This document shows, piece after piece, positions 17,482 through 26,709 of a stretch of 36,856 bases of DNA. The DNA is from Flavobacteriales bacterium (GTDB lineage Bacteria > Bacteroidota > Bacteroidia > Flavobacteriales_F > PHOS-HE28), in assembly GCA_044347005.1 (NCBI GenBank), contig JBIIYD010000003.1, forward strand, positions 1 to 36,856, in the 5' to 3' direction. A program made the position numbers and the translations under genes. Position 1 is the stretch's first letter. Each line of letters starts with the position of its first letter. The notes beneath the pieces are model-generated. The model saw nothing but the letters and a program-made list of their open reading frames with translations, was not told the origin of the DNA and made no database searches.

Positions 17482-17898
17482 TCACGCCTTCTTGAACACA
17501 TTGTCCGGATCCGCGAACGCTTTGAACTCGATGGCATGTCCATCCGGGTCTTCGATGAAGAGGCTTCGTTGCTCACCCACCTCACCGGCCATCACGGTAT
17601 TGGGTTCGATGTAGAACGGAATACCCACCTTCTTGAGCTTGTCCCTTAATCGTCTCCAATCGGCCAGGCTTAGTACGATACCCCAGTGGTCGGCCGGGAC
17701 CTTGCTCTTCGGATTGTAGATCCGTGCTGTCTTGATCAACTTCGGGACCTCCTGAATTGTGAGTTGGTGGCCGAAAAAGTCGTAATCCACCCAGGTGTCG
17801 CTGCTTCGGCCTTCCTTCAGCCCCAGAAAGCTGCCGTAGAACGCTTTGATCCGTTTAATGTCGGTAGTGGCGAATGCGAGGTGGAAACGGCCTTCCAT
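17482..17898 (-). CDS. VOC/glyoxalase family protein
   Basis: FHLAF..FYG..EGRSSDTWVDYDFFGHQL..HWG..DPDGHAIEFKAF. Confidence 0.9.
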   Translation of the reverse strand: MEGRFHLAFATTDIKRIKAFYGSFLGLKEGRSSDTWVDYDFFGHQLTIQEVPKLIKTARIYNPKSKVPADHWGIVLSLADWRRLRDKLKKVGIPFYIEPNTVMAGEVGEQRSLFIEDPDGHAIEFKAFADPDNVFKKA

Positions 17899-17920
17899 AG
17901 GGCGGGGTTTGCCACCAAAT

Positions 17921-17958
17921 TACAACGGCCCAAGGTCTTGGGACCTTGGGCCGTTGTA
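17921..17958. terminator. Perfect 17-bp hairpin (possible terminator or regulatory site)
   Basis: tacaacggcccaaggtc-ttgg-gaccttgggccgttgta; only a weak U-tract. Confidence 0.5.
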
Positions 17959-18001
17959 TGGAATATGAGCAGTGGACGGTTGATCGCCCCCAGGCCTGCG
18001 G

Positions 18002-18400
18002 TCAAAGGTCGTCGTCGTCGTCCCCTTCCTCGGCATCATCCGCTGCATCGTCATCCGCATCATCCTCGGTGTCCACGTCCTCCTCTTCCTCGGTTTCTTC
18101 GGCCGCATCGGCCCCGATGTCCGTACCGCTGTCATCGATATCGGCATCGTCGCCGGAAGCATCCTCCTGATCGAGGAACTCTTCGATCTCGGCCCGGCTC
18201 TCGCTGTTGATCTTGATCAAGTACAACGCATCCGGTGTACTTAACTCAATGACGCGAAGGATATCTCCCTTGGCGGTTGGAATGCTCTTGATGTGTGTGG
18301 CATCGATACCGTCCGGGTACTGTTCCTGGAGGGTTTCCTTGAGTTCATCGGTCAAGGTGTTGAAGGAGCGGATGAGTCGCTGCATGGTGTGTGTGCTCAC
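18002..18400 (-). CDS. Hypothetical protein with a highly acidic C-terminal tail
   Basis: Globular N-part (YPDG..LYLIKI) followed by ~55 D/E-rich residues; overlaps the DHS stop; alternative start 18385. Confidence 0.75.
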   Translation of the reverse strand: MSTHTMQRLIRSFNTLTDELKETLQEQYPDGIDATHIKSIPTAKGDILRVIELSTPDALYLIKINSESRAEIEEFLDQEDASGDDADIDDSGTDIGADAAEETEEEEDVDTEDDADDDAADDAEEGDDDDDL

Positions 18401-19377
18401 ATGTCGAGGACGTATGCAAATATGAGTGGTGCAACGATCGTTGCGTCACTTTCGACGATGAATTTCGGTGTGCCGATGTCCAGCTTGCCCCATGTGATCT
18501 TTTCATTGGGCACGGCGCCACTGTAGCTGCCGTAGCTGGTGGTGCTGTCGCTGATCTGGCAGAAATAGCTCCAGAACGGGATGCTGTCCCGCTGGAGGTC
18601 CTGGTGCAGCATGGGCACCACACAGATCGGGAAATCGCCTGCGATACCACCACCGATCTGGAAGAACCCGATGCCATCGGTGCCACAGTTGTTGGTGTAC
18701 CAATCGGCCAGGAACATCATGTACTCGATACCGCTCTTCATCATCCCCGGCTTGCAATCCCCCACGATGCAATGGCCCGCGAAGATGTTGCCCAAGGTAC
18801 TGTCCTCCCAACCCGGACAAATGATCGGCAGGTTGCGCTCGGCAGCAGCCACCATCCAACTGTCCTTGGGGTCGATCTGGTAGTACTGCTGCAATACGCC
18901 CGAATTGATCATGGCGTAGAAGTACTCGTGCGGAAAACGGCGGTTCCCGCTCTTGTCATCAGCGGTCCAAAGGTCCACCACATGTTTCTCCAGTCGGCGG
19001 AATGCTTCGTGCTCCGGAATGCAGGTGTCCGTGACCCGGTTCATCCCACGGTCCAGAAGGTCCCGCTCTTCCTTGGGAGTAAGGTCGCGATAATGCGGTA
19101 TGCGCTCATAGTGGTCGTGGGCTACGAGGTTCATGACATCCTCCTCCAGGTTGGCGCCCGTGCAACTGATGATATCCACTTTGCCTTGGCGGATCATCTC
19201 GGCCAGGCTCTTGCCCAATTCGGCCGTGCTCATGGCACCCGCCAGGGTTACCATCATTTTTCGGCCTTGCGCAAGGTGTGCCTTGTAGCCTTTGGCGGCG
19301 TCCAGGAGAGCAGCTGCATTGAAATGCAGGTAGTTCTTCTCCATGAAGGCGGAAATGGGGCGGGAGTTGCTCATCAA
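18397..19377 (-). CDS. Deoxyhypusine synthase-like protein
   Basis: TLAGAMST, TGANLEED, IGGG, GSYSGAVPNEKITWGK, SDATIVAP. Confidence 0.93.
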   Translation of the reverse strand: MMSNSRPISAFMEKNYLHFNAAALLDAAKGYKAHLAQGRKMMVTLAGAMSTAELGKSLAEMIRQGKVDIISCTGANLEEDVMNLVAHDHYERIPHYRDLTPKEERDLLDRGMNRVTDTCIPEHEAFRRLEKHVVDLWTADDKSGNRRFPHEYFYAMINSGVLQQYYQIDPKDSWMVAAAERNLPIICPGWEDSTLGNIFAGHCIVGDCKPGMMKSGIEYMMFLADWYTNNCGTDGIGFFQIGGGIAGDFPICVVPMLHQDLQRDSIPFWSYFCQISDSTTSYGSYSGAVPNEKITWGKLDIGTPKFIVESDATIVAPLIFAYVLDM

Positions 19378-19506
19378 TGTGGTTACGGGCCGAAATATAG
19401 ATGCGGGCTTCGATATTGCACCGGGTCGAAGAAAATGTAACGTGCCGCCGACCGTCGATCGGCCCCCTTTACCGATCCATCCAATAGTCCGCTGCGTATC
19501 CTCCGT

Positions 19507-20922
19507 TCATTTCTTCACGACTTCCTCCATGGGCAGGTAGCCGAGGAGTTGGAGCATGCGTTCGGCGGTCTGCTGCTGCGCGAATACGGTGTCCTGTAGT
19601 GTGCCATCGGGCAAGCGGTCGATGAGCACATGTTTGGGTTTGGGTATGAGGCAATGCTGTATTCCGCCGAAGCCTCCCAGCGTATCCTGGTAGGCACCCG
19701 TGTTGAAATAGCCGATGTACTGTTTGCGGTCCTCCCGGTACTTGGGCAGGTAGATCGCGTTGATGTGCTGTTCGCTGTTGTAGTAGTCGTCGCTATCGCA
19801 GGTCATGCCGCCGAGGAACACCCTTTCATACTCGTCCTCCCAATTGTTCACCGGAAGCATGATGAAGCGTTTGCTGATGGCCCAGGTATCGGGCAGGGTG
19901 GTCATGAACGAGCCGTCGATCATGTTCCAACGTTCCTTCTCGTTCTGCTTCTTCTGGTACAGGACGCTGAAGAAGGTGGCACCACTATCGCTCACGGTGA
20001 AGCTTCCGAACTCGCTGTAGATGTTGGGTTCGTGCACCTTGTTCTCCTCGCAGATGTCCTTGATCCGCCCAACGATCTCCCCGATCATGTAGTCCAGGTC
20101 GAAGCTGAAGTTCAGGCTGTTCTTGATCGGCAGCCCACCTCCGATGTCGAGCGTGTCCAAGGTGCGGCACAGTTTCCACAGATCGCAGTAAACGTTCACG
20201 CACTTGGTCAACTCGTTCCAGTAGTAGGCCGTGTCCGTGATGCCCGTGTTGATGAAAAAGTGCATCAGCTTCAGGCGGAACTTCTTCTGCTTGCTGATGT
20301 TCCGCATGTAGAACGGAATGATGTCCTTGTAGCCGATCCCCAAGCGGCTCGTGTAGAATTCGAACTTGGGCGCTTCCTCCGCAGCGATGCGGATGCCGAT
20401 GTCGCACTGGCCCGTGATCACCTCGTCCAAGGCATAGATCTCGGACATGTTGTCGATGATGGGGATCACATTGAATCCCTTGTTGGCAAGCTTGCCGATC
20501 CCCTGTATGTAGCGCTCGTCCTTGAACCCATTGCACAGGATGGTGGCGTCCTTGGTGATCCTTCCCCGCTCGATGAGCAGCTCGATCATTTCCAGGTCGT
20601 AAGCGCTGCTGGTCTCCAGGTTCACGCCCTTGCCCAGCACCTTGTCGATCACATAGCTGAAATGGTTGCTCTTGGTGCAATAGAAGTATTCGTAGGTGCC
20701 ATTGTACTTGTGTTCTTCCAAGGCCTTGGCAAAACTGGACCTGGCCATCTCGATCTTCTCGCCGATCTTGGGCAGGTAGGTGATCCGCAGGGGTGTGCCG
20801 TGTTTTTCCAGCAGTTCCGTCAGCTGCAGGTCGTTCCAAAGCAGCTTTTCTCCGTCCAGCTTGAACTCGTCCTTCGGGAAATCGAAGGTCTGTTCGATCA
20901 GGTCGATGTAACGTGTCTTCAT
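19507..20922 (-). CDS. speA: Arginine decarboxylase (Bacteroidota type)
   Basis: YCTKSNH (PLP Lys), CNGFK, LDIGGG, EFG, TCDSDD, GAYQ; start MKTRYIDLIEQTFDFP. Confidence 0.92.
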   Translation of the reverse strand: MKTRYIDLIEQTFDFPKDEFKLDGEKLLWNDLQLTELLEKHGTPLRITYLPKIGEKIEMARSSFAKALEEHKYNGTYEYFYCTKSNHFSYVIDKVLGKGVNLETSSAYDLEMIELLIERGRITKDATILCNGFKDERYIQGIGKLANKGFNVIPIIDNMSEIYALDEVITGQCDIGIRIAAEEAPKFEFYTSRLGIGYKDIIPFYMRNISKQKKFRLKLMHFFINTGITDTAYYWNELTKCVNVYCDLWKLCRTLDTLDIGGGLPIKNSLNFSFDLDYMIGEIVGRIKDICEENKVHEPNIYSEFGSFTVSDSGATFFSVLYQKKQNEKERWNMIDGSFMTTLPDTWAISKRFIMLPVNNWEDEYERVFLGGMTCDSDDYYNSEQHINAIYLPKYREDRKQYIGYFNTGAYQDTLGGFGGIQHCLIPKPKHVLIDRLPDGTLQDTVFAQQQTAERMLQLLGYLPMEEVVKK

Positions 20923-21176
20923 CGATCGGTCAGAAAGGGATGTAGAGAAAGGGATATCGGGCCACGGTCCACGGCGACCAGTGACAGCTTGTTCCAACCC
21001 GTGCGTGCTTGTAACGTTTGTTGATGCCCGCACCACGCGGTGGCATCGATCGAAGCACGCCGGTGGTCGTCATCGGAATTCGTTGGCAATGACCGCGTGT
21101 TCGACCACTCCATGATGATGGGCGTTCGACCGGGTATTGGTGCTGGATGGAAGAGGCAGCATCGGCTTGTGGGTTG

Positions 21177-21184
21177 CAAAAGTA
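21177..21184 (-). promoter_or_regulatory. -7 promoter element for speA (long leader)
   Basis: TACTTTTG on the minus strand about 255 bp upstream of speA. Confidence 0.55.
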
Positions 21185-21259
21185 GAGGGGTGGGTGCTTC
21201 GCTGGTGATCGGAGCCGGAAAATCGTTCGCTCCAAGCTCGAGCAATTGCGAAAGGTCCG

Positions 21260-22321
21260 CTACAACCACCGTTTCTTCCTGAACCAGGCCAGCATCAAAA
21301 GGGACAACAAGGCCATGAAGGCCATGACCCCGAAGTATCCCATACGCCACTCCAGTTCGGGCATGTACTTGAAGTTCATGCCGTAGATACCCACGATGAA
21401 GGTGAGCGGAATGAAAATGGTGCTGATCACTGTGAGCAATTTCATCACCTGGCCCATACGCAGATTGACCCCTGCATGGTAGGTGTTCTCCACACTGGAC
21501 AATAGTTCGCGGAACGTTCCGATGGTATCCGCGATGTAGACGGTATGGTCCTGAAGGTCGTTCAGGTAACGTCGAGTGGACTTGTCGATGAGCGGGTTCT
21601 GAAGGGTGTTCAGCCTGCCGGCCAATTCGCGCATGGGCGTGATGTGCTTCGAAACGGCGATCAGTTGTCCCCTGAGGCGTTGTATGGCGTGCAGGTCGTC
21701 ATTGCCAGGTCTGGAGGTAACCTTGTTTTCGAGTTCCTCGATGCGGCTACCGAGTTGGTCCAATACCACGAAATAGTGGTCCACGATAACGTCCAACAAA
21801 GCATAGAGCAGGTAATCCGCACCGCCCCTTCGAACCCTTCCGAGGTCCTGACGAAGCCGATCACGCACGGGGTCGAGCACATCGCCGCTTTGTTCTTGGA
21901 ACGTAAGTAGGAGCCCTGATTTCAGGATGAAGCTGATCTGTTCCGCTTGGAATCCCTTGTTGTCCTTGTCGCTCTTCAACATCTTGGCGACCACGAACAG
22001 GCTGTCCTGGTACTCTTCCACCTTGGGCCGGTGGTCGGTGTTCAGGATATCCTCCATCAACAACGGATGCAGGTCGAAGCGCGCTACGGCATCATGGATC
22101 ACCTGGTCGTCCCTCAATCCGTCGATGTTGATCCAATGGGTCGCGCCTTCTTCCCTGGCACCGGACAGTTCAGCCATGGAAGCGAATTCCCGCTCCGATA
22201 CACGTGCTGCATCGAATTCGAAGAGCTGCACGGTGGCCTTGTTACCACCATTTCGCCCCACGTGCACCAGGGACCCTGGAGGAAGACCAAGCTTTCCGGA
22301 ACGTTTGGATACCTTCTTCAT
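21260..22321 (-). CDS. corA: Magnesium/cobalt transporter CorA
   Basis: GLPPGSL, HPLLMEDILNT.HRPK, GIYGMNFKYMPEL. Confidence 0.96.
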   Translation of the reverse strand: MKKVSKRSGKLGLPPGSLVHVGRNGGNKATVQLFEFDAARVSEREFASMAELSGAREEGATHWINIDGLRDDQVIHDAVARFDLHPLLMEDILNTDHRPKVEEYQDSLFVVAKMLKSDKDNKGFQAEQISFILKSGLLLTFQEQSGDVLDPVRDRLRQDLGRVRRGGADYLLYALLDVIVDHYFVVLDQLGSRIEELENKVTSRPGNDDLHAIQRLRGQLIAVSKHITPMRELAGRLNTLQNPLIDKSTRRYLNDLQDHTVYIADTIGTFRELLSSVENTYHAGVNLRMGQVMKLLTVISTIFIPLTFIVGIYGMNFKYMPELEWRMGYFGVMAFMALLSLLMLAWFRKKRWL

Positions 22322-22603
22322 GGAGCACAAAGGTGGGTTATCGGGAAGAGGTCGACGCAGGATCTATGGTTCGACGTCTTTGCCAGGACGTTCGGCCGGG
22401 AAGAGCGGTGTGTCCTGTTGGTCCGATCTCCCAAGGACTCGACCGAGCCCTGGATGGTCATGGATCGTGGGTCACACATTCCCGATCCAAGGGCTATGGT
22501 TCGCTTGACCGAATACACCCGGCGAAGTACCAAGGCTCTATTCGATCCAGGCCATGCCTAGTTTCCCTCCCGTTCACCATCCATGCAGCACCGGACCGAA
22601 CGT

Positions 22604-23314
22604 TCACTTCAGGTCCGATAGGTCCATCCTGAACACCCTGCCTGGTTCGACCACCAACGTTTCGCGCGCGCCACGGAACAATTTCATGGGTTTCCCGCTC
22701 AAGCTTATGCGCGTGTCCTTCGCGTGCAACAGCGATCCTTCGCGCAAGCCCAATACGGGCAAGCCCGGGTTCTGTTGCACGAATTCCGCAATGCGTTGTT
22801 CCCGACTTTCGCCACCATGCCCGGGTATGGTATCCTCGGTGAAGTGTGGGTTGATCTGGAAGGGCACGAGATGCATGGCACGCAGGCTCGGCGGCTCCAC
22901 GATGGGCATGTCGTTGGTGGTCATGATGCTGGGACAGGCGACGTTGGCACCAGCGCTCCAACCCAGGTATGGCATGCCCTTCTTGACGCGCTCAGCGATC
23001 GCACGCATCAGTCCTGTGCGGTAGAGGGATCGTACAAGCAGGAAGGAGTTGCCTCCTCCAATGGCTACCGCATCAGAGTTGTTCAAGGCTTGTACGGGGT
23101 CGGGCACATTGTGCAAGCTCACCAGGTCCACACCCATTCCAGCGAATACCTGCTTCACTTTTTCAGCATACGCATCTTGCTGGTCCTCCGATGCGGCGAA
23201 CGGTACGAAGGCAACGCGTTGGCGACCTTGGAGGAAGTTGGAAACATAGTCACGGGGCCATTGGAAGAAGGACTCCCCCGGCATGGTGGAGTTCGATAGC
23301 AGCAGCAGTTCCAT
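22604..23314 (-). CDS. pepE: Dipeptidase E (S51)
   Basis: LLLSNST, GGGNSF, GWSAGAN, TTNDMPI, FQINPH, GHGGESRE.RI.EF. Confidence 0.95.
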   Translation of the reverse strand: MELLLLSNSTMPGESFFQWPRDYVSNFLQGRQRVAFVPFAASEDQQDAYAEKVKQVFAGMGVDLVSLHNVPDPVQALNNSDAVAIGGGNSFLLVRSLYRTGLMRAIAERVKKGMPYLGWSAGANVACPSIMTTNDMPIVEPPSLRAMHLVPFQINPHFTEDTIPGHGGESREQRIAEFVQQNPGLPVLGLREGSLLHAKDTRISLSGKPMKLFRGARETLVVEPGRVFRMDLSDLK

Positions 23315-23323
23315 GGTGCAAGC

Positions 23324-25600
23324 TTACGGAACGATCTCTCCTTCGATGATCAGTTCGATCTTCTCCGGGACACCGTTGGTCCGGATGGTCACCGAACGCT
23401 CCAAAGCCCCTAAGGGCGCACGACCGTTGAATTTGACCGTCACCTGCACTTCCTGCCCCGGTGCGATATCGCCTTGGTGCAGGTCGGCAGTGGTGCATCC
23501 ACATTCAGCCCTGCTGTCCAACAAGCGCATTGGGCCATTGCCCGAATTGCGCACCGTGAAAACCACCTCGCGCGGTTCGTCCTGTTTCGTGATCCCTATT
23601 TGCTTCCGCTGTACTTCGCGCGTGACGTCCGTGGCGATCGGCCGCAGGTGCAGGGCTTCCACCTCGATGCGCCTTTCGAGGGCAGCCTGCACGGCATACA
23701 CCGACCGATCGAGGTCCGTGATGTCGTCGCTCACGTTGGCACCCGCCTTATCCTCGCCAAAAGGCAGTACCGATATGCGGATGGTCGCATTGTTGGCTGC
23801 GGTGCCGTCCACGTAAGGCTTCAGCACACCACCATTGGCCAGGCGCAGGTGGTTGCGCAAGCTCTCGATACGCCGTGTGGAAAGGTTGATGTTGTAATCG
23901 TTCGGGGCCAATGGGCTCGCATGGCCGCGCACGTCGAGCGTCACCGATGTCCCGTTGTCCAGGGTTTCGCGGAGTGCGATCACCAACTCGGCCAGCTCCA
24001 GGTATCCACGGTCCACGTCGTCCTTGAAGAATTTTCGCAGCGCTTCCAGCTCCGCATGTTGCTCGTATTCCGGGATCAATGCACGGTAGCTGCGGTAGGT
24101 GGTGCCGTAGTCCAGCGTGGTGGTGGTGCTCCATGAGCGCGGGTCGGGCTCGTCGTTGTGGAAATACAGTTTGAGCGGTAAGCGCCGCAGGATGTCGTTC
24201 ATCTGGGCCATTCCCCCGGTGGGATAGGCTTGGGCTTCTGGTCCGACGGTATCTCGAACCACTGCAACAGGGTCGTTCACAGGCAGCTCGAAGCGGTACA
24301 GGTCGTTGCAGCAGGTTTCACCCTTGGCAGCGAAGGATCCGACCCGATTGCTGGTGATCCAGCCTTCGTTGCGCGCTGGGAAGAGGGCAGGGTAGAGGTC
24401 GTTGGCCGGGCTGTTCAACGGAACACCGGCATGCACCGGGGCACCGAAGACCTTACCTGTGAGCACGCTGGTGAAAATGTCATAACCACCCATACCGGGG
24501 AGGAAGTCGGAACTGAACCAAAGCGTGCGACTTCGGGTGTCGTACCACGGACTGCGTTCATCACCCGGGGTGTTCACTGGTGGACCCAACGGTCGCACGT
24601 CCACCGCTTCGCCGTTCACGATGCTGGCCTGCCAGATGTCCATGCCTCCCATTCCCCCGGGGCGGTCGCTTACAAAAAAAAGCAGTTCGAGGTCTTCCCA
24701 AAGCACCACCATCGGTTGCGTGCTTTGTTCATCCCCCAGGCCTTTCATGGGGGCAGGGGACGGGTCCATTACATTGAATTGGCTGTGGTGTATTCTACAA
24801 GGCCCTGCGTTCGGACAGTAGGTGAAGTACGTCCGTTCCCCATCCAACGACCAGGTCGGATTGGCGACCGGACCGTCCGTTGAAAGTTTTGTCACGGCAA
24901 GAGCGGGGTTCCAAGTTCCATTGTTCCTGATCGTCCTGAACACCCTGGCCAGGTATGATGCCGTGTCCAGCACTTCGCCTTCCTTGTTCAGGTCGCCCCG
25001 CAGGCTGGTGAAATAGAGCGCGGAATCGGGCCCGATGCGAGCACCGAACTCACTGTCATAGGTGTTCACGGGTTGCGGCAAGTGTTCGACGACGATGTTT
25101 CGCGGTGCGGCCATGGCTTCGCGTGCGATGGCGCACCCGGCGATCGCGTTTCGCGCACGTTGGGCGGTCACCGAGTTCTTGTCCTTCTCCTTTTGTAGCA
25201 CCCTGGTCCAGGTCTGTTCGGCTTCGTCGTAGTTGCCGTTGCAGAGCAGCATCTCACCCGACCAGCGCAGCACATCAGGATAAGTACGACCGGCATCCTT
25301 GGCATACACCCGCTGGTACAGTTCGGCCGCCTTGTCGTACTGGTTGCTCAGTCTGCACGCTTCAGCTTGTTTCCATTGCAGGCTCATACGGCCACCATCC
25401 AAGGCCAGCGCACCAGCGTAGAAGCGCGATGCACCGTAATACTCGCCACGTTCCATGGAAGCATCGCCCCAAGTTGTCCACTGCTCCAATGACTGTGCCC
25501 TCAGGTCTGTTCTCCCGATGACGGCGAACACGACCATGGCAACCAAGCCGAACACCTTCGGCATCGTTCGACTTGACCTCTGCGTCATCCGTGGCTTCAT
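23324..25600 (-). CDS. PorE-like TPR + PD40 + OmpA-like protein with C-terminal DUF1573
   Basis: TPR N-term; FVSDRPGGMGGMDIW and GMGGYDIF PD40 repeats; LYFHNDEP..YNINLSTRR; AECGCT. Confidence 0.8.
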   Translation of the reverse strand: MKPRMTQRSSRTMPKVFGLVAMVVFAVIGRTDLRAQSLEQWTTWGDASMERGEYYGASRFYAGALALDGGRMSLQWKQAEACRLSNQYDKAAELYQRVYAKDAGRTYPDVLRWSGEMLLCNGNYDEAEQTWTRVLQKEKDKNSVTAQRARNAIAGCAIAREAMAAPRNIVVEHLPQPVNTYDSEFGARIGPDSALYFTSLRGDLNKEGEVLDTASYLARVFRTIRNNGTWNPALAVTKLSTDGPVANPTWSLDGERTYFTYCPNAGPCRIHHSQFNVMDPSPAPMKGLGDEQSTQPMVVLWEDLELLFFVSDRPGGMGGMDIWQASIVNGEAVDVRPLGPPVNTPGDERSPWYDTRSRTLWFSSDFLPGMGGYDIFTSVLTGKVFGAPVHAGVPLNSPANDLYPALFPARNEGWITSNRVGSFAAKGETCCNDLYRFELPVNDPVAVVRDTVGPEAQAYPTGGMAQMNDILRRLPLKLYFHNDEPDPRSWSTTTTLDYGTTYRSYRALIPEYEQHAELEALRKFFKDDVDRGYLELAELVIALRETLDNGTSVTLDVRGHASPLAPNDYNINLSTRRIESLRNHLRLANGGVLKPYVDGTAANNATIRISVLPFGEDKAGANVSDDITDLDRSVYAVQAALERRIEVEALHLRPIATDVTREVQRKQIGITKQDEPREVVFTVRNSGNGPMRLLDSRAECGCTTADLHQGDIAPGQEVQVTVKFNGRAPLGALERSVTIRTNGVPEKIELIIEGEIVP

Positions 25601-25611
25601 TCCGTCGCGGC

Positions 25612-26709
25612 TTAGATCTGGTCAGGACAAGCTTTGAAGCGAACCGGTATGGCAGGGCGTTGCTTGAAGATCCGCACGATCGCGAATTCGATGCCCCCGC
25701 GGTTGCGGCTTGCGGGCACCAGGTCGCTGGTGTTGATGTCGTAGCTCACGCCGAAGGTCCAATCGTCGTATTCGACACCTGCGTAGAGGTAGCCTGCATC
25801 ATTTGCTCGCCAATGCACACCGAATTGCACAGCCCTGTTCAAACCATATCGGTCCAAAAGGATGTAGCGCAGGTTGCTGCCCAGGGTCAACTCACGGAAT
25901 TCTCCCTGTGCCATGAACTGCGCCATCGGAAGCAGATCGAATCGCTCCTGGATCGGGAACTGGGTGGTGATGTGGTAGGTCGACCGACGATCCAATGGAA
26001 CGCCGGGTCCACCCAGGAAGCCGATGTCCGGCGTGGTCAGGTTGAATATACCTGCACCAGCTTGCACGAGCACACGATCACGGGGAGCATAGCGATAGAC
26101 CAGTCCGGCATTCACATCCGGATGGAGCAGTCCATCGCGTCCGAAGCTCTCTCCGGTCGGCAGGTCGGGGTCGTAGGTGAAGCCGTTGTACTGGTTGTCG
26201 AAGGAAAGCGCACGACCGTCCAGAGTGAGCGATGTGAATCCGGCCTGTAGTCCACCCGTAATGCTGTGGTGGCGTTGCGCACCGAAGCGCTGTGTCCAGC
26301 TCGCGCCAAAGCTCAAGTGGAATTGGTTCAATCGGCTATCACCCGCACGGTCGTTGAACAACCAGGCACCCACACCCAAGCCTTGCACCCCCAGGAAGTT
26401 CTTCGCGTCACCACCGATGCCCAGTGTGCGGTAGGGTACGGTCACCGATCGCCATTGCTGTCGGAATATCCCGTTGACCCGGTAGTCCCCATCGAATTGC
26501 CCGATAGTGCCAGGGCCCAGTGAAAGAGGCGCGTTGAAGAATTGGGAGAAGTGGATGTCTTGGGCGATAAGGGATGAAGTGCTGAGAATGAATGCAAGGA
26601 CCGGCACGGAACACCAAAAGAGCGGATGGCGAACGGTGAATCGTGAATGGACCGCTGCCGATGAGGCGGCCCCATTCGCCATTCGCCAATGACCATTCGC
26701 CTGCTTCAT
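25612..26709 (-). CDS. PorP/SprF family T9SS membrane protein
   Basis: AQDIHFSQFFNAPL, RQQW, GVSYDINTS, GGIEF; ATG overlaps the upstream TGA. Confidence 0.92.
   Translation of the reverse strand: MKQANGHWRMANGAASSAAVHSRFTVRHPLFWCSVPVLAFILSTSSLIAQDIHFSQFFNAPLSLGPGTIGQFDGDYRVNGIFRQQWRSVTVPYRTLGIGGDAKNFLGVQGLGVGAWLFNDRAGDSRLNQFHLSFGASWTQRFGAQRHHSITGGLQAGFTSLTLDGRALSFDNQYNGFTYDPDLPTGESFGRDGLLHPDVNAGLVYRYAPRDRVLVQAGAGIFNLTTPDIGFLGGPGVPLDRRSTYHITTQFPIQERFDLLPMAQFMAQGEFRELTLGSNLRYILLDRYGLNRAVQFGVHWRANDAGYLYAGVEYDDWTFGVSYDINTSDLVPASRNRGGIEFAIVRIFKQRPAIPVRFKACPDQI
26624..26700. repeat. Heptamer palindromic element E6, in frame in the PorP N-terminus
   Basis: ggatggc gaacggt gaatcgt gaatgga / spacer / cccattc gccattc gccaatg accattc. 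Confidence 0.8.

Noticed and set aside
25612-25636. ggtcaggacaagc resembling the PSTGSG-type REP
   Set aside because: Explained by the PorP C-terminal codons (KACPDQI) and lacks the TTCGAC half.
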